A DNA stretch of 64,000 bases from Octopus vulgaris (lineage: Eukaryota): positions 128,278,001-128,342,000 of the forward strand of contig OX597814.1 of the NCBI GenBank assembly GCA_951406725.2. The letters are read 5' to 3'. The translations under genes and the position numbers were made by a program. The notes beneath the pieces were generated by a model. That model made no database searches and was not told the origin of the DNA. It saw nothing but the letters and a program-made list of their open reading frames with translations. Shown piece after piece: positions 62,030-64,000 of the stretch; the first letter of the stretch is position 1, and every line of letters starts with the position of its first letter.

Positions 62030-64000
62030 TTAAAGAATAATATATGTAACTTTTTTCATCATGTGTAAGGTAAACAAAGATCACATTTCCAAACCGTGGT
62101 TTCATTCGGTCAATCTTTTAATCAACTGCACAACTCATCAGTGACTAAGAAGGACTGAAATGTTGTGAACTGTGATTGTTTCTGATTGAATGAAATATAT
62201 ATGGGGTTCACATATGTAATCCTTGTATATATTACACATGTAAGTACACATATGCAAGACCTATACGCAAATTTGTACTTAACAACGTTGTGTATTTATA
62301 ACACACACCTCACATACTCACAGGCACTCACACACACACACACACGCACATATGCATGCATGCATGCTTGTATGTATGTGTAAATGTACATTATTTCAAT
62401 CTCTGTTGCAGTTTATGATTTTTTTAAATCAAATTATATATTTTTATATATTCACCTTCTGAAATCTTGACAATTTGAAAATATCAGATATTTCGATGTA
62501 AATTTAAATCAGAGAGAAATTATTCATTAAAAAATTCTTTTTGTTTTCTCTTTCTTTACAAAAAAAAAAATACCCTCATCATGATATATGTATTATGTAT
62601 GAGATAATATATTCTCAGAATTACTGACTCCAAGTGCTGAATTATGGCCAATATTAATTTATAATATGCACCAAAATATTTTGTTAACAGCGTGTCAACA
62701 ATTTTTGGCAGAATTCTGCTTAATGCACAGCATATAATTCCTCATAACTTTTTAATTTTTTGGAAATTTCAGAAAAGTTTTGCGAATTTGTATTTTACAT
62801 ACAGGAATTCATACAATTATGCAAAAACCAAAATAAAAAATAATTTTGTTGTGTGATTTAAGGTCTATTTAGTTGTTATTTTTAGCACACCTCATGACAG
62901 TGAGCATTGCTGAACTATTATTTGACAAACTAGGTGACAATGATGAAGATGATCATCATCATTGTTTAACGTCCGTTTTCCATGCTAGCATGGGTTGGAT
63001 GGTTCGACCGGGATCTGGGAAGCCAGGAGGCTGCACCAGGCTCCAGTCTGATCTGGCAGTGTTTCTACAGCTGGATGCCCTTCCTAACGCCAACCACTCT
63101 GTGAGTGTAGTGGGTGCTTTTTACGTGCCAGGGGAGGCTGGCAACGGCCACGATCGGTTGGTGCTTTTTATGTGCCACCAGCACAGAAGCCAGTCAAGCA
63201 CAATGTTTAGTTTTATTATTCTTGTTTCTACTTCTAAGTGGTTTACTTTGTCTTGCCTTCTGATAGGCAAACAGAATAATTTGAAGCAAACAGAATAATG
63301 TACATTGCGAAGGGGATCAACTGGATGTCTATAATAAGGCTTGAACTTTTGACAGGATAAAAAAACAAAAATCTACTGTACTGTCATCATCATCGTCATA
63401 ACTTAATATCCAATTTTTTTTGTTTGCATGGGTCAAGTGGGATTTTTATCAAGCTGGATACCTTTCCTGTCACCAAGCCTCATCTGTTTCCTAGCAAAGT
63501 GATATTCCCCATGGCCCAACACGTTTTTCACAGAAGACTGGAAATGAACAATATCAGTTGTATGATGGTGATGCTCAGACATAGACTTGGCTGTGTGGTT
63601 AAGGAATTTGCTTTCCAACCACATGGTTCCAGGTTCAGTTTCACTATGTGACACCTTGGACAAGTGCCTTCTACTCTAGCCCTGATTCAGTAGATGAAAA
63701 ATTGAAAGAAGTCCATTATATACATATACATATATATATATGTGTGTGTCCCATTGTCTTGACATCATTTGATTGTTGTAAATGAATGCCCTTCATTTCT
63801 AATATTCTTAAAAAAAAACTTGTCTGTCTGGCCATGGAGAAATATTACCTATTTCTTTATTACCCACAAGGGGCTAAACACAGAGAGGATAAACAAGGAC
63901 AGTCAAACAGATTAAGTCGATTATATCGACTCCAGTGCATAACTGGTACTTATTTAAGCAACCCTGAAAGGATAAAAGGCAAAGTCAACCTCGGCGGAAT

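Noticed and set aside
62132-62175. Possible additional hammerhead (TCATCAG, i.e. CTGATGA on the minus strand)
   Set aside because: No convincing arrangement of stems I and II with GAAA on either strand

Overview
AT-rich, repeat-dense animal genomic DNA. The SINE/LINE families resemble those I recall from octopus (coleoid cephalopod) genomes; the organism is inferred, not proven. The main gene is a complete + strand aminoacylase-1 (ACY1, M20A zinc peptidase): 16 coding exons at 19498-61040, all GT-AG, 1221-nt CDS, 406 aa, with all Zn ligands and catalytic residues conserved and a 23-nt microexon. A probable first coding exon of an unidentified divergent gene lies at 10058-9960 (-). Almost all ORFs in the supplied track are spurious repeat-derived frames. 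The rest is a nested mosaic of tRNA-derived SINEs, RTE/CR1/Tx1/Dong-type LINE ends, Helitrons, Merlin/hAT/piggyBac-type MITEs, a mariner relic, a solo LTR and Penelope-like fold-backs. The most interesting signals are short elements combining a Pol III B-box with a minimal hammerhead ribozyme, several further decayed hammerheads, and a 39-bp minisatellite that could splice in frame onto ACY1 exon 12. Repeat boundaries were read by eye and are approximate unless a TSD is given.
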